Virus record (IMG/VR): IMGVR_UViG_3300042892_000699
Length of the DNA: 64,000 nt
Strand: one strand, 5' to 3'
DNA from: a virus
Lineage: Duplodnaviria > Caudoviricetes
Shown piece after piece: positions 63,634-64,000 of this stretch (position 1 is the stretch's first letter; every line of letters starts with the position of its first letter). The translations under genes were made by a program, and so were the position numbers. The notes under the pieces were generated by a model. The model worked only from the letters and a program-made list of their open reading frames with translations. It was not told where the DNA came from and made no database searches.

Positions 63634-63746
63634 TTCCAACCCCACACCACTGAGTTATACTGCCCACTGCGACGAGCACGGACTTTGGCCTTACGCTCTT
63701 GTCGTTGTAGGAATAGCATAGTCCATGCATTTGTTTCTAATCTCAT
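63630..63746 (-). CDS. 38-aa basic peptide MRLETNAWTMLFLQRQERKAKVRARRSGQYNSVVWGWK
   Basis: Translated by hand; AAGGAG RBS upstream, ATGA overlap downstream. Confidence 0.55.
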   Translation of the reverse strand: MRLETNAWTMLFLQRQERKAKVRARRSGQYNSVVWGWK

Positions 63747-63755
63747 ATCAACTCC

Positions 63756-63980
63756 TTAACGAACAGCCAAACGCTTGAGCATGGCCAGGGTCTCTGGCTT
63801 GTTCATCAGACGATCAAAAGCCTCTTGTGGGTTGTAGTACAGGCCAGTCTTGCGATCCTGCACGCTAGCGGCGGCATCTTCTTCACGCTGTCGCACAATG
63901 TCGTAGGCCACATCGTCAGCATAGCCTTTTGCAGTCAACTCTGCCATCTGTGCTTCAAACTCTTCTTGACTGTAAAACAT
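63756..63980 (-). CDS. Hypothetical early protein
   Basis: 74 aa; AGGAGCACACC RBS of the same cassette type. Confidence 0.65.
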   Translation of the reverse strand: MFYSQEEFEAQMAELTAKGYADDVAYDIVRQREEDAAASVQDRKTGLYYNPQEAFDRLMNKPETLAMLKRLAVR

Positions 63981-64000
63981 GGTGTGCTCCTGTTTGTTGC

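Noticed and set aside
58165-64000. CRISPR array or integron suggested by the recurring repeats
   Set aside because: The repeats are promoter/RBS elements, irregularly spaced and separated by whole genes; there are no cas genes, integrase or attC structure
1-64000. Alternative genetic code (stop-codon reassignment)
   Set aside because: Long conserved genes (sheath, terminase, fibres, helicase) are uninterrupted in the standard code and coding density is high

Overview
This window is a 64 kb piece of a large T4-like myophage genome, probably jumbo-sized and probably infecting a Gram-negative proteobacterium. There is no CRISPR, rRNA, integrase or reverse transcriptase. The order is: (1) an adhesin block of four tandem LamG-lectin paralogs and two ~1520-aa tail fibres with C-terminal chaperone domains (0.1-14 kb); (2) T4-like morphogenesis genes: neck gp13/14/15, sheath, tube, gp4, terminase and putative capsid-internal proteins (15-32 kb); (3) recombination and replication genes gp32, UvsX, UvsY, UvsW, primase and helicase (32-49 kb), interrupted by an array of small paralogous ORFs, an ADP-heptose biosynthesis operon and a 196-aa miniature DnaE-like polymerase core; (4) a glycosyltransferase/methyltransferase island including a GT9 (heptosyltransferase)-like gene (50-57 kb); (5) a more GC-rich, minus-strand early region made of repeated consensus sigma70 promoter-RBS cassettes, with small ORFans and tRNA-Arg(UCU) (58-64 kb). 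The best candidates for new biology are the heptose/glycan pathway translationally coupled to the mini-DnaE, apparently leaderless late mRNAs, DNA-level conserved exchange boundaries in the LamG array, and a possibly capsid-packaged nucleotidyltransferase. All protein calls come from motif recognition by eye; no searches were run.
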